This document shows, piece by piece, positions 48,086-57,109 of a stretch of 64,000 nt of DNA. The notes under the pieces were generated by a model that worked only from the letters and a program-made list of their open reading frames with translations, had not been told where the DNA came from and searched no databases. This DNA comes from Alphaproteobacteria bacterium. GTDB taxonomy: Bacteria; Pseudomonadota; Alphaproteobacteria; MPNO01; UBA830. Every line of letters starts with the position of its first letter. Position 1 is the stretch's first letter. Made by a program: the position numbers and the translations under genes. The stretch covers positions 2,208,001 through 2,272,000 of the forward strand of contig OZ219790.1 in assembly GCA_964291215.2 (NCBI GenBank). Direction: 5' to 3'.

Positions 48086-49045
48086 TCAGCTATCCGCGCC
48101 GTTTGCAGCCGCGAAATGGGCCGCCACGGTGTCAGCCGCGCGGGACACATCCTCGGGCTTGTCGTAGAAGTCGAACTGCGTGACATCTTCCAGCCATTGC
48201 AGCGTCGCCTCACCGGCAAAGCCGTTCATGAAAGTCTTCACGCCCTGCGGGATCGCTGCGGCTTCGGAATGCACAATGACCAGCGGCTGGGTCAGGCGCC
48301 CGGGGTTGTCCGCCGGGTGATAGGTCAGCCAGCCTTCCCAGCCTGCGTTGTTCCACTGGTTGTCATAGGCCGGGATTGCACCGCGATCTTGCTCGTAATA
48401 GTAGCCACCAATCGGCATCAGCACACCTTCAGCGCCTTCGGGACCCGCAGCCGGGATGATCTGACCGCCTTGTGCTTCAGCCGCTCGGGACATCTCGATC
48501 AGGCCCGCAACGCCTTCTTCACCACCATAGACCGCTTCAACAATTTCCGCATTCTGCAGCCACGGTGCGACAAGTCCGATCCGCTGGGCCAGATCGTTCC
48601 CCGCAACCGCGTCGACCATGTAGCCCGCGCTGGCGCAGATCCCCAGGCCGTTGATGCGGGTCGCGTCCACCTCCGGCAGCGTGGCGACAAAATCGAACGC
48701 TGCGCGAATGTCAGAGATTTTGGCTTCCGGGCTTTCCACAAACCGCACGTTCTGCGGCAGATCGCCCGACTTGCCCCAACCGCGGAAATCGAAAGTGAAC
48801 GCGGCAAAGCCACGCTCGACCATTTCCCCGGCATAGATGCTGGGCATCTGCTCTTCGACGGAGGTCCAGGCGCCGGTCACAACAACGGTCGGCAGGGCCG
48901 AACCATCATGGCCTTCCGGCAGGTAGAGCGTGCCCCACAGCGTTGACCCTTCATTCTCGAAAGTCACGGTGCGGGTTTCGACCTGCGCGATAGCGGCGGT
49001 CGAGGCCATTAGGGCGGCGGCAGTGGTCAGTGCGAGCGTTTTCAC
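48086..49045 (-). CDS. Secreted alpha/beta hydrolase with Cys nucleophile elbow
   Basis: Signal peptide, FDFRGWGKSG, GICASAG. Confidence 0.85.
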   Translation of the reverse strand: MKTLALTTAAALMASTAAIAQVETRTVTFENEGSTLWGTLYLPEGHDGSALPTVVVTGAWTSVEEQMPSIYAGEMVERGFAAFTFDFRGWGKSGDLPQNVRFVESPEAKISDIRAAFDFVATLPEVDATRINGLGICASAGYMVDAVAGNDLAQRIGLVAPWLQNAEIVEAVYGGEEGVAGLIEMSRAAEAQGGQIIPAAGPEGAEGVLMPIGGYYYEQDRGAIPAYDNQWNNAGWEGWLTYHPADNPGRLTQPLVIVHSEAAAIPQGVKTFMNGFAGEATLQWLEDVTQFDFYDKPEDVSRAADTVAAHFAAANGADS

Positions 49046-49166
49046 TTTTTTCGTATCTCCAGTGTTCGTGTGGGCGCGGTTGGCCCGATGACACGAGAGA
49101 TACGGCGGCCCGGCACGAGAAACTTGAACCGGAACGCTCAGTTTTTGGAAGATCCCGCTTTTGATC

Positions 49167-50081
49167 TCATGCAGATCGGAACTGACGTGGGGTCTGTCCT
49201 GTCACTTGCTTGAAACTGCGCGAGAAATGCGCCTGGTCGGCAAAGCCACAGGCAAACGCGATCTCGCCAAGAGGACGCTCAGGGTCCTTCATCATCGCGA
49301 TGGCCTGCTCCACACGATACGCCATGACGTATTGCATCGGCGTTTCACCGACGGTGTCCTTGAAGACCCGACCGAAATGCGAGGGGGACATCCCTGCCTC
49401 CCGCGCCAGATCGTCTACTGTGATCGTCCGATCCAGATTGGCACGAATGAAGGCGAGGACGCGCTTGTAGTGATCCGAGGTGAAGCGCGCCGACAGTGCC
49501 AGTTCTTCGGGTCTCGTCTGGCCATAACGCTGCAGGAGCTTCACCAGCAGCACCCGGCTCATCGCCTCGAACATGACCCCGGACGTGATGTCATCGTCTT
49601 CCAGCGCATCATGCAACATCACGCCCGCCGCGCAAAGGTCAGGATCCGAGAACAGCGGCAGATCGCGAAATTGCTGTGGGTCGAGGAGCATACCCAGTTC
49701 GGTTTGGGCAAAGCGTTCAACCATCTTCGGGTCCAGCGTGACCACGATCACGTCAGAGGTGGCGAACCATCGCCAACCCGACCGCATGCCTGCGGGCGTC
49801 ACCACGATGTCGTCCTTGCGGAAGGTGAAATCATGCATATCGCCGTCGCGCATGTTCTGCACACGATGCGGTTCGTCCTGCAGGTTCAGAAGAACGTGGT
49901 GCTCGGCGAACACATCTTCCGGCATCCGGTCGGGCTTAGCCTGAAAATATCGGACTGACATCAGAGATGCCGCAGACGTATGCGCGTTTGCGTCGCTGTT
50001 GAGCAGCGGCATAGAGGGGTAGATATCGGCGTAGCGGCGCGGCAAAGCGAGAACCTTTCGATCCGAAGTTACCTCAGACAC
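49167..50081 (-). CDS. AraC family regulator; start uncertain
   Basis: LAREAGMSPSHF.R.FK, GFADQAHFSR.FK...G.TP. Confidence 0.92.
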   Translation of the reverse strand: MSEVTSDRKVLALPRRYADIYPSMPLLNSDANAHTSAASLMSVRYFQAKPDRMPEDVFAEHHVLLNLQDEPHRVQNMRDGDMHDFTFRKDDIVVTPAGMRSGWRWFATSDVIVVTLDPKMVERFAQTELGMLLDPQQFRDLPLFSDPDLCAAGVMLHDALEDDDITSGVMFEAMSRVLLVKLLQRYGQTRPEELALSARFTSDHYKRVLAFIRANLDRTITVDDLAREAGMSPSHFGRVFKDTVGETPMQYVMAYRVEQAIAMMKDPERPLGEIAFACGFADQAHFSRSFKQVTGQTPRQFRSA

Positions 50082-50333
50082 GAACCGATAGCCATTGCCG
50101 GTACTCCAAGGTCAATCAATGGAGTTTTGGTGCGGGGTTTTTCGATAGCAGGCCTTGGCGCAAATTACAGCGTAAGTCGGTTTCGCCCTGCTTTGCGGAC
50201 AGTCGATCATCGAGTTGGAACGGCAGTTTCCGGAAGTAATGGGAGGCCCACTATCGTTACCGCTTCGACGGGCGGTTTCGGCGCGGTGATCCACCTGTGC
50301 TGAACTGGCTGAACCCCACCACAGGAGTTCAGC

Positions 50334-50567
50334 ATGCCCCATTTCGATCACACCGCCTTCGTCAACTCGCGCCGCGATGAGCGCAGCCTCGGGCACCACA
50401 CGCTTCGGGCCTACGCTCAGGACCTGCGCACCTTCGCGCGCTTCTCCAAGGCGCATCAACTCACCGATCCGCTGTCGAAAGACGACATCCTCGCCTACCA
50501 CCGCCATCTGCGCGACGTGTTAGGGGCGAAGCCCGCAACCATTGAGCGGCGTCTCGGTCTCAGGTGA
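50334..50567 (+). pseudogene. Tyrosine integrase N-terminal (SAM-like) fragment
   Basis: ER.L..HTLRAY.QDL..F...KPATI.RRL then stop. Confidence 0.7.
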
Positions 50568-50613
50568 TCTGACACAGAGGCAGTGCCTCGTCCAACTTGA
50601 CGCAAGTCCGCCA

Positions 50614-51651
50614 TCAACGGTTTAGCCTGTCCTCGATCTCACCGATCGACGACAGGATATCCGCGAAATCGGGGGCATCACCAAAGATCATCGCTTGCGT
50701 GTTGTCGTAGTCCCGGGCCAAGCGGTCGATCATGTCGCCGACAGGCCGAAGGGCGAACGTACCGGGCGCCGCGGCCGCGAGGTTGTAGTCCGGCCTACTG
50801 AAGAACGTTCGGGCATGCTCGATGCAATCTGCCCCGAGTGCCCGATCGGCGACAGCCGGGTAGCCAACATCTGAGTTTAGGAGCGAATGCAGATCGTAGT
50901 AGTGTCGGGAAATCCGCTGCCCGTCCTGGTGAAGCTCCCCGCGCCGTTCGAACCAGCTGCGCAAGCCATGAGCAATGACGATCTTGTCCCAGAAGGTCCG
51001 CTCGGCATGGATCGTCGTAACATCCGACACTCTGAGATCCAGCTCCTCGAGATCACCATCGATATACGGAGCAATGGTAACAGGACGGTTGGGGTCGAGG
51101 GCGGATTTCGCCCCCGACTCGATCTTGACCGCAGCCTGAACATATCCGGTTTCGGATGCATCTACCCGCGGATACCAGACGAGGAGCGTCTGAGAACTTG
51201 GATCGCTGCCATCGACTTCGACGCGACCCGTCCCACCCGTGTCGGCCTCCAATGCCTCAGAAACCGCTGCAAGGAGGTCGCTCGTGATATAGCGGCTGCA
51301 ATCGGCTGCAATCGCATCGAGAGCGGCTTTCCTCTTCTTGTTGGAAAGCGCCGCGAGTTCTGCCGTCGTATCCGGGTGACCGAGATCATCTCGGAAAACG
51401 GTGATGTCAATGTCTTCAGAGAAGCGGTTGATCAGGCCATAAGCCTTCGACAATGAAGTACCGCCTTTGAAGAGGAGGCGCGGCCCATTTTTGGGAAGTC
51501 GATGATAGAGCGCATTGAGCGTCCAGCACACCCAAAAGTCCTTCTCGATGTTGATCAACGGCGCGCCTAGACGCTGCGCAGTTGTCAAAAAGAGATCTGC
51601 TCGATCGGCCGGGTCTGCCCGGATGAGTTCTGAGAACGCCTTTGTCGTCAT
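50614..51651 (-). CDS. AbiEii/AbiGii nucleotidyltransferase toxin (type IV TA)
   Basis: EKDFWV, FKGGTSLSK, RFSEDID, RTFWDK, RHYYD. Confidence 0.92.
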   Translation of the reverse strand: MTTKAFSELIRADPADRADLFLTTAQRLGAPLINIEKDFWVCWTLNALYHRLPKNGPRLLFKGGTSLSKAYGLINRFSEDIDITVFRDDLGHPDTTAELAALSNKKRKAALDAIAADCSRYITSDLLAAVSEALEADTGGTGRVEVDGSDPSSQTLLVWYPRVDASETGYVQAAVKIESGAKSALDPNRPVTIAPYIDGDLEELDLRVSDVTTIHAERTFWDKIVIAHGLRSWFERRGELHQDGQRISRHYYDLHSLLNSDVGYPAVADRALGADCIEHARTFFSRPDYNLAAAAPGTFALRPVGDMIDRLARDYDNTQAMIFGDAPDFADILSSIGEIEDRLNR

Positions 51652-52313
51652 TTGGTCGATCCGGTTTCGGCGGTGGTTATCGGATTGCGCAGCATGTCTT
51701 GCATCCAAATAGGCATCGCCGAGAGGCCGTTTCGTAGATCTTCAGTGAGCCGGGAACCGTCCTTCTTGTCGGCCAATAGTTTTCGAATGGTTTGGTCCAG
51801 CTTTGAGCGCTCAACTTCACTTTGCATGGCGTCATGGATCCAATGCAGCGCCTGCACGAGATACATGCCAGGCCGTCCAGCCCAATAAAGGCGACTGGGT
51901 GCAGCCTGTTTGAAGACGATCTTCTGGTTGCCGAGCTCAATGGGCTTCAGGCGTGCGTCGACCAGGACTTCAATCTTTGCCGGAACCGCATTTGTGAGAC
52001 CCAATGTGTTGGCGGCCGTCATCCCGTCGACAACAAAGCGGGCCTTATCACGCCGCGCGACGGCCTCAATGACCGCGCGATAATCGGGCACCGAGCGTTT
52101 GCCGGTCAGCTTGTTGGTCGTCGGTTTGTCGTAGAGACCGCGTTCGATGCGCCGGAGTTCATTCGATTTGACCATGCGCTGCAAAGCCTTGTCTACTGCT
52201 TCTCGCGGACCGAGGTCGGCGAAATCTACCGGAGTCCAGACCTTGCCGGGCGCGGCAGAGATCCTGTCCTGGATGCGCATAGGCAGGGTTCGATGCGTTT
52301 CTTCTACGGTCAT
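51648..52313 (-). CDS. DUF6088/AbiEi-like antitoxin
   Basis: wHTH N-terminus (DF.DLG.R.AVDKALQR..RGLY), AAN.LGLT.AVP; ATGA overlap with the toxin. Confidence 0.88.
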   Translation of the reverse strand: MTVEETHRTLPMRIQDRISAAPGKVWTPVDFADLGPREAVDKALQRMVKSNELRRIERGLYDKPTTNKLTGKRSVPDYRAVIEAVARRDKARFVVDGMTAANTLGLTNAVPAKIEVLVDARLKPIELGNQKIVFKQAAPSRLYWAGRPGMYLVQALHWIHDAMQSEVERSKLDQTIRKLLADKKDGSRLTEDLRNGLSAMPIWMQDMLRNPITTAETGSTK

Positions 52314-52375
52314 GTCCGAAATATACCACATACTTCGGACATCTGCGAGTCCGAAAAATACGGCATATTTCGGAC
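52312..52375. promoter_or_regulatory. Tandem palindromic operators GTCCGAA-N13-TTCGGAC
   Basis: Two copies (52314-52340, 52349-52375) over the antitoxin start. Confidence 0.75.
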
Positions 52376-52452
52376 ATCGAAAAGATAAGGCAGAGCTACA
52401 TTACGGAGATTGTCGGCTGGCTTCGCCGCCATCAAGAACGACGCGACGATTT

Positions 52453-53358
52453 TCATTGCACGGAAGACATGAACCGATCGAAGGTGTCTTCCTCGGCCTC
52501 ATCCGGCTGGAAAACCGTGCGATCGCTTTCCAAGTGAAGAATGGTTATCTCCTGATCATAGCGATCGGAGCGGATACACATCTCAACAACGGGTTCGGGG
52601 AACCAGACGCCGGCAGATTGCTCTATGCCGGATCGCGCCTCTTCGGAGAATTCCCGACGCACGGCAACCGCATCGCGCGGCAACTCAAAGACCGTGTTTT
52701 TGGTGCGAATGAACCGGCCTGACTTCAAAGCAGCCTGGCTCGGTTTTGACCAGTGTGCAAATCCCTCATTGGACACGACCATAAGGGCCCGTGTCTCGGT
52801 ATATTCAAGCCAGCGAAGGACAGTAGCTGTCAGCGAGACACCATAGCGGGTTGCCATATCGCCAAGTTGATCGAGGCTCGGTCGATCGCGCGCCGGGATC
52901 TTCGAGCGATAGTCATGAAGCGGCATCAAAATGCCGGCTGCAAAGGTGTCTGCCTCTTTCTCGATCCCCTCGCCCGCTCTGCGAAGCACGCTGTTCTCAT
53001 CGCAATAAATGCCGCCGTCGAAGTCGTCACTTTTTTCAACCAGCTCGCGATGAAGGATGAAATGGCCAAACTCATGAGCGATGGTGAAAGACCGCCGTCC
53101 GGGAGACTGATCAAGGTGATAAAGGATTCCCCATTGGCGCGGGATCGTTTCGCTATAGACCAGGGCGCCCATGCATCCGGGAATGTCCTTCTTCAAGACG
53201 TCATGGATCGGTCCGGAGGGCGCGATTTGCTTTGAATATTCAAGGGCCAGCTGAGCAACGTCGACTGGATGACGGTCAAATCGGTCTTCGCCGAACACGG
53301 TATCCAGCATCTTGGTGATGCGGTTGGCCTCGCGTAGCGGCTGCTTTGTATCAGTCAC
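52453..53358 (-). CDS. capP: ImmA/IrrE metallopeptidase (CapP-like)
   Basis: FTIAHEFGHF, EKEADTFAA.ILMP, YGVSL; paired with an HTH gene and divergent from CBASS. Confidence 0.85.
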   Translation of the reverse strand: MTDTKQPLREANRITKMLDTVFGEDRFDRHPVDVAQLALEYSKQIAPSGPIHDVLKKDIPGCMGALVYSETIPRQWGILYHLDQSPGRRSFTIAHEFGHFILHRELVEKSDDFDGGIYCDENSVLRRAGEGIEKEADTFAAGILMPLHDYRSKIPARDRPSLDQLGDMATRYGVSLTATVLRWLEYTETRALMVVSNEGFAHWSKPSQAALKSGRFIRTKNTVFELPRDAVAVRREFSEEARSGIEQSAGVWFPEPVVEMCIRSDRYDQEITILHLESDRTVFQPDEAEEDTFDRFMSSVQ

Positions 53359-53687
53359 TCGGTTTTCTTTGCCCCCAGGATCTTTGCCATCTCGCGTATT
53401 TGTCGGCGGGTTTCCTCAGGTAGCCCGCTGTATTCACGATAAAAGGCCTTGTCTTCGGCTTCACTCAGGGTCTGGTCGTCCCGACCAAACAGATAGTCCA
53501 CGGTGACACCGAGCGCCTTGGCGATTGCTGATAGCTTTTCCGCGGACGGTCTTGGGGGATTCTTGTTTTCAAGCTCCCAGATATAGCTCTTGGCAGAATC
53601 AGTTGCCGCGGCCAGCTGGTCTAGGGTCATCCCTTTTTGTGTGCGCAGATCTTTGATGCGGGCACCGAAGGTAGATTGATTCACCAT
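53355..53687 (-). CDS. capH: XRE HTH repressor (CapH-like)
   Basis: FG.RIK.LR..KGMTL.QLA..SYIWELEN..P. Confidence 0.85.
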   Translation of the reverse strand: MVNQSTFGARIKDLRTQKGMTLDQLAAATDSAKSYIWELENKNPPRPSAEKLSAIAKALGVTVDYLFGRDDQTLSEAEDKAFYREYSGLPEETRRQIREMAKILGAKKTE

Positions 53688-53877
53688 GAGTCCTCAATGG
53701 GTTGGGCGTTGTTCAGTGTAGCCATACAATAGCGCCCTTGACTCTGAATTTCAAGTCACTATATCCTGTTCGGAGTAGCGATATATGGAATGTTTACACT
53801 TTGAACCTACGCAACCTAGGAGGACGCCATGACAACGCAAAGGCCATCTGATCACCAACCCATCTGGGAGAGAGACA

Positions 53878-55153
53878 TTGAAGACCCCTACGACAATTCC
53901 GGGCATCAACCCGTTTGACGATCCGCTTGACCGGATCCTTGCTGAAATCGCCTTCAGCATTCAGCTGCCGCCGTCGCTGCACAAAAAGGCGATCGAACGC
54001 TATGAAGCCGTGCAACGGTTCCTCGATTCACCGGCCACATCCTTTGAAGGCCTGATCGAGTATTTCTATCCCCAGGGATCGATGGCGATCGATGCTACGA
54101 TCGCCACACGGGGAACCGACGACGAATTCGATCTCGACATTGTCCTGCAACTCGGCGGCCGCTTTCGGTCGATGAGCCCGCTCGACATTCTCAGAGAACT
54201 TGAGACAGCGTTACAGGACTATCACGGTGTCAAAGTCGCCCAGCAGACGCGTTGTGTGACACTCTATTACAACGACGGCATGCATCTCGACATCACGCCG
54301 TCGGTTCGCGAACTGGGGACACCCGAGCGCCAAAGCCACATCATGCATGCCAAAGGCCCGTCGGTTTCCGCCCAAGATCACCTGGTGGCGATGAATGCTT
54401 ACGGTTTTGCCGGCTGGTACAATCTGCGAACGCCCCTCGAACAGCACGTCTATGACGCCTTTGCCAAACGGTGGCATGATTTTGAGGTGGCACGAAACCG
54501 GGCGGATGCCGACGTTGACGATGTACCGGAGCAGCAGGCCTTTGTCGTCAAGAATACGGCGACACTTGCATTGCAATTGCACAAGAGGTCACGCAACATC
54601 CGCTATGCGGACAATACCGGCCGGATCATTCCATCGGTGCTGTTGTCCTATATCGGTGCTGTTGTCCTATTATGCAGGCGGTTCGGCGCGTCCGAACATG
54701 CGGCTCTCCGATATGGTCGTACGGATCGCCAACCAGATCATCTCCGAGATCGAAACGGCCTCACTTTATCGATCCACGCTGCATGTCACCAATCCGGTTC
54801 ATGACGAAGATGTCTTTACCGATCGCTGGCCCGAAACGGTCTCGCAACAGAATGAACACGCAGATTTCCTGAAAGAACTGGTTCGCGGCCTTTCTTCGAT
54901 CCAGCGCGGCGAGATGGACCCCGAGGGGATGATGGACTGGATGCGGCAGCATTTCGGTCAGTTGGTCGTAACCGCCGCGGCCGACCGGATCGCCCAGCAG
55001 GTCGGCGGAGCTGTCCAGGATAGCCGCCAGCGCTATACCCGCCGCGGCGGGATTCTGCTGCCGACGCCCGGGATCATCGCTGGTGCCGGCGCCGCAGCAA
55101 GTCGGGCAGCTGCCGAACCCAAGCCGCATACGTTCTTCGGGAAGAAGATCTGA
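53878..55153 (+). pseudogene. CBASS CD-NTase, frameshifted by a 19-bp duplication
   Basis: QGSMAI.AT....EFDLD, RCVTL.Y..MHLDITP; second frame gives NP...DVFTDRW and C-terminal HTFFG-KKI. Confidence 0.88.
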
Positions 55154-55602
55154 TGAGCGCGCGGGTATTGTCGCTCGGCAACCAGATTGACGCGATGAGG
55201 GCCGCTTGGCCGAGGTTTTCGGCCCGCGGTGGGGATCGGCGACAGAATATTCGCTGGATCGGCGTACTCAGACCTCAGTTCGTCGAGTACCGCGTCGAGA
55301 TCAGATACCGATTGCTCGACTTTCCCGAGGTCCGGATCCTTTCACCGACCTTGAAGCAGCTGCCAGGGAATGACGAAGGGGCGTTGCCGCATGTTTACCC
55401 GCCGGCCGACGATCCGACCCTTTGCCTTTTCGATCCGGCAGCCGATGAATGGCATCCTTCTATGGCGATCGCTCAAACGATCGTTCCTTGGACCATCGAC
55501 TGGCTCGCCTGTTACGAGTGGTGGCTGATCACCGGCAAATGGACCGGCGGTGGCCGTCACCCAACGGAGGACGCTTCTGATCGAATGGGAGAAAGTGCAT
55601 GA
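55153..55602 (+). CDS. Stand-alone prokaryotic E2 (type II short CBASS Cap2)
   Basis: PHVY...LCLF...EW...TIVPW..WL..YE.WL.TG.W.GGG.H. Confidence 0.85.
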   Translation: MSARVLSLGNQIDAMRAAWPRFSARGGDRRQNIRWIGVLRPQFVEYRVEIRYRLLDFPEVRILSPTLKQLPGNDEGALPHVYPPADDPTLCLFDPAADEWHPSMAIAQTIVPWTIDWLACYEWWLITGKWTGGGRHPTEDASDRMGESA

Positions 55603-56633
55603 ACATTCAGGTTCCAAGACGGTCCGACGGCACAATCCAGCAGACCCGGCTCAAACAACCTTGGCCGAAAGACAAACTGTTCAGGATCCTGTCGATCGAT
55701 GGCGGCGGCATACGCGGGGTTTTTCCCGCCGCTTATCTGGCGGAAATCGAGAAGCGTTTCTTGAACGGTGTGCCGGTCTCGAGATATTTCGACATGATAG
55801 CCGGCACCTCGACCGGCGGTATCATAGCGCTCGCCCTTGCGAGTAAAATGACGGCGGCACAAGCGCTGGCAATATATTCCGAGCGAGGCGAACGGATCTT
55901 CCCCCGGAAGTCCGGCGTCGGGAAACTCACCCAGGCGGCGCGCTGGCTGACCAGGCCCAAGCACAATCCGTCGGTGTTGCAGGAGGAGCTCGAACAAGTG
56001 TTTGGCGATCGTCTTCTCGACGATGCGTCAACCCGACTTGTCATTCCCAGTTTCGAAGGTCTCCACGGCGAGCCCTTCCTCTACAAGACACCGCACCATC
56101 CGGACTATCAATTGGATCGCCACAAGAAGATGGCCGAGATCGCCCTGCACACATCCGCGGCGCCGTCATACTTTCCGGCCGTCGAAAACAATGGCCATGT
56201 CATGCTCGATGGCGGTTTGTGGGCGAACAATCCGGTCATGAATGCCCTGGTTGACGCTCTTGCGTGCTTCGACGTGCCCCGCGAGAACATTCGTATCCTG
56301 TCGATCGGCACCGGTGAATCGACATTTACGGTTGATGAGGCTGCGCGGCAGGGCGGAATTAAGCATTGGGCATTCCTGCGCGCCTTCAACGCGGCCTCAA
56401 GGGCGCAGTCAAAAAACGCCTTGGGGCAGACCTATCTGCTTACTGGCAAAAACAATGTTCTCAGGATCGACGTGCCAGAAAGCGACAAGCCGATCGGACT
56501 GGACGATGGACCAAGATCACTGAAGGAACTTCCGTTGGTCGCCAGATCACTGGTCGAAGGATCTGGCCATCTTGTCGAAAGAACATTTCTTCAACAAAGG
56601 GCAGCCCGATTTGAGAAGTACGAGGCCGTTTAG
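55599..56633 (+). CDS. capV: Patatin-like phospholipase, CBASS effector (CapV-like)
   Basis: DGGGIRG, GTSTG, SAAPSYF, DGG..ANNP. Confidence 0.9.
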   Translation: MNIQVPRRSDGTIQQTRLKQPWPKDKLFRILSIDGGGIRGVFPAAYLAEIEKRFLNGVPVSRYFDMIAGTSTGGIIALALASKMTAAQALAIYSERGERIFPRKSGVGKLTQAARWLTRPKHNPSVLQEELEQVFGDRLLDDASTRLVIPSFEGLHGEPFLYKTPHHPDYQLDRHKKMAEIALHTSAAPSYFPAVENNGHVMLDGGLWANNPVMNALVDALACFDVPRENIRILSIGTGESTFTVDEAARQGGIKHWAFLRAFNAASRAQSKNALGQTYLLTGKNNVLRIDVPESDKPIGLDDGPRSLKELPLVARSLVEGSGHLVERTFLQQRAARFEKYEAV

Positions 56634-56731
56634 TTCTACTCTTTCCCAGTTGAAGCCAGCTCCGGGGAGCTCACAAGAAGCCCAATGATGATGGTGCCGA
56701 GAACGCTCTTCGGACCCATCACGTCGCAACG

Positions 56732-57100
56732 TTAACGAGGTATTTCGAAAGCCGTAATTATCGGATTGTGATCGGTGATGTGGCGTGTGATGTCGTCAAG
56801 GGTCAGTTCAGGCATGAGAGACTCCAAACTGACAATCTCGGTGCCGCCTTGGATCAATTGGTCCTCAAGCGTACCAAACCCTCCGACATGGCTCATAACG
56901 ATTGGTCCCCACCTCTTGCTGACAAGTGTTGAAGATCCCTCCGGCAAATCAGCTGTTCCAAATCTAACACCCCGGCTGAGCAACAAGTCCATCTCCGGCG
57001 CATCGAGACCGACCTGAGTGCGCCCTACCAGTAATATCGGCTGGTCCTCGCCACGGCGGGATATCCAGTCGCTTATGGCTTGAAGTTCTGCCGTGCGCCG
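56732..57100 (-). pseudogene. C-terminal gene remnant, possibly EEP (endo/exonuclease/phosphatase) family
   Basis: R..ELQAISDW...PILLVG...TDHNPI; 5' end cut by IS256. Confidence 0.4.
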
Positions 57101-57109
57101 TCATCACAC

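Noticed and set aside
53829-53918. Regulatory leader peptide overlapping the CD-NTase start
   Set aside because: A 29-codon ORF with a GGAGG RBS exists, but nothing else supports function
53878-55153. Natural two-gene split cyclase or programmed frameshift
   Set aside because: The break is fully explained by the 19-bp duplication
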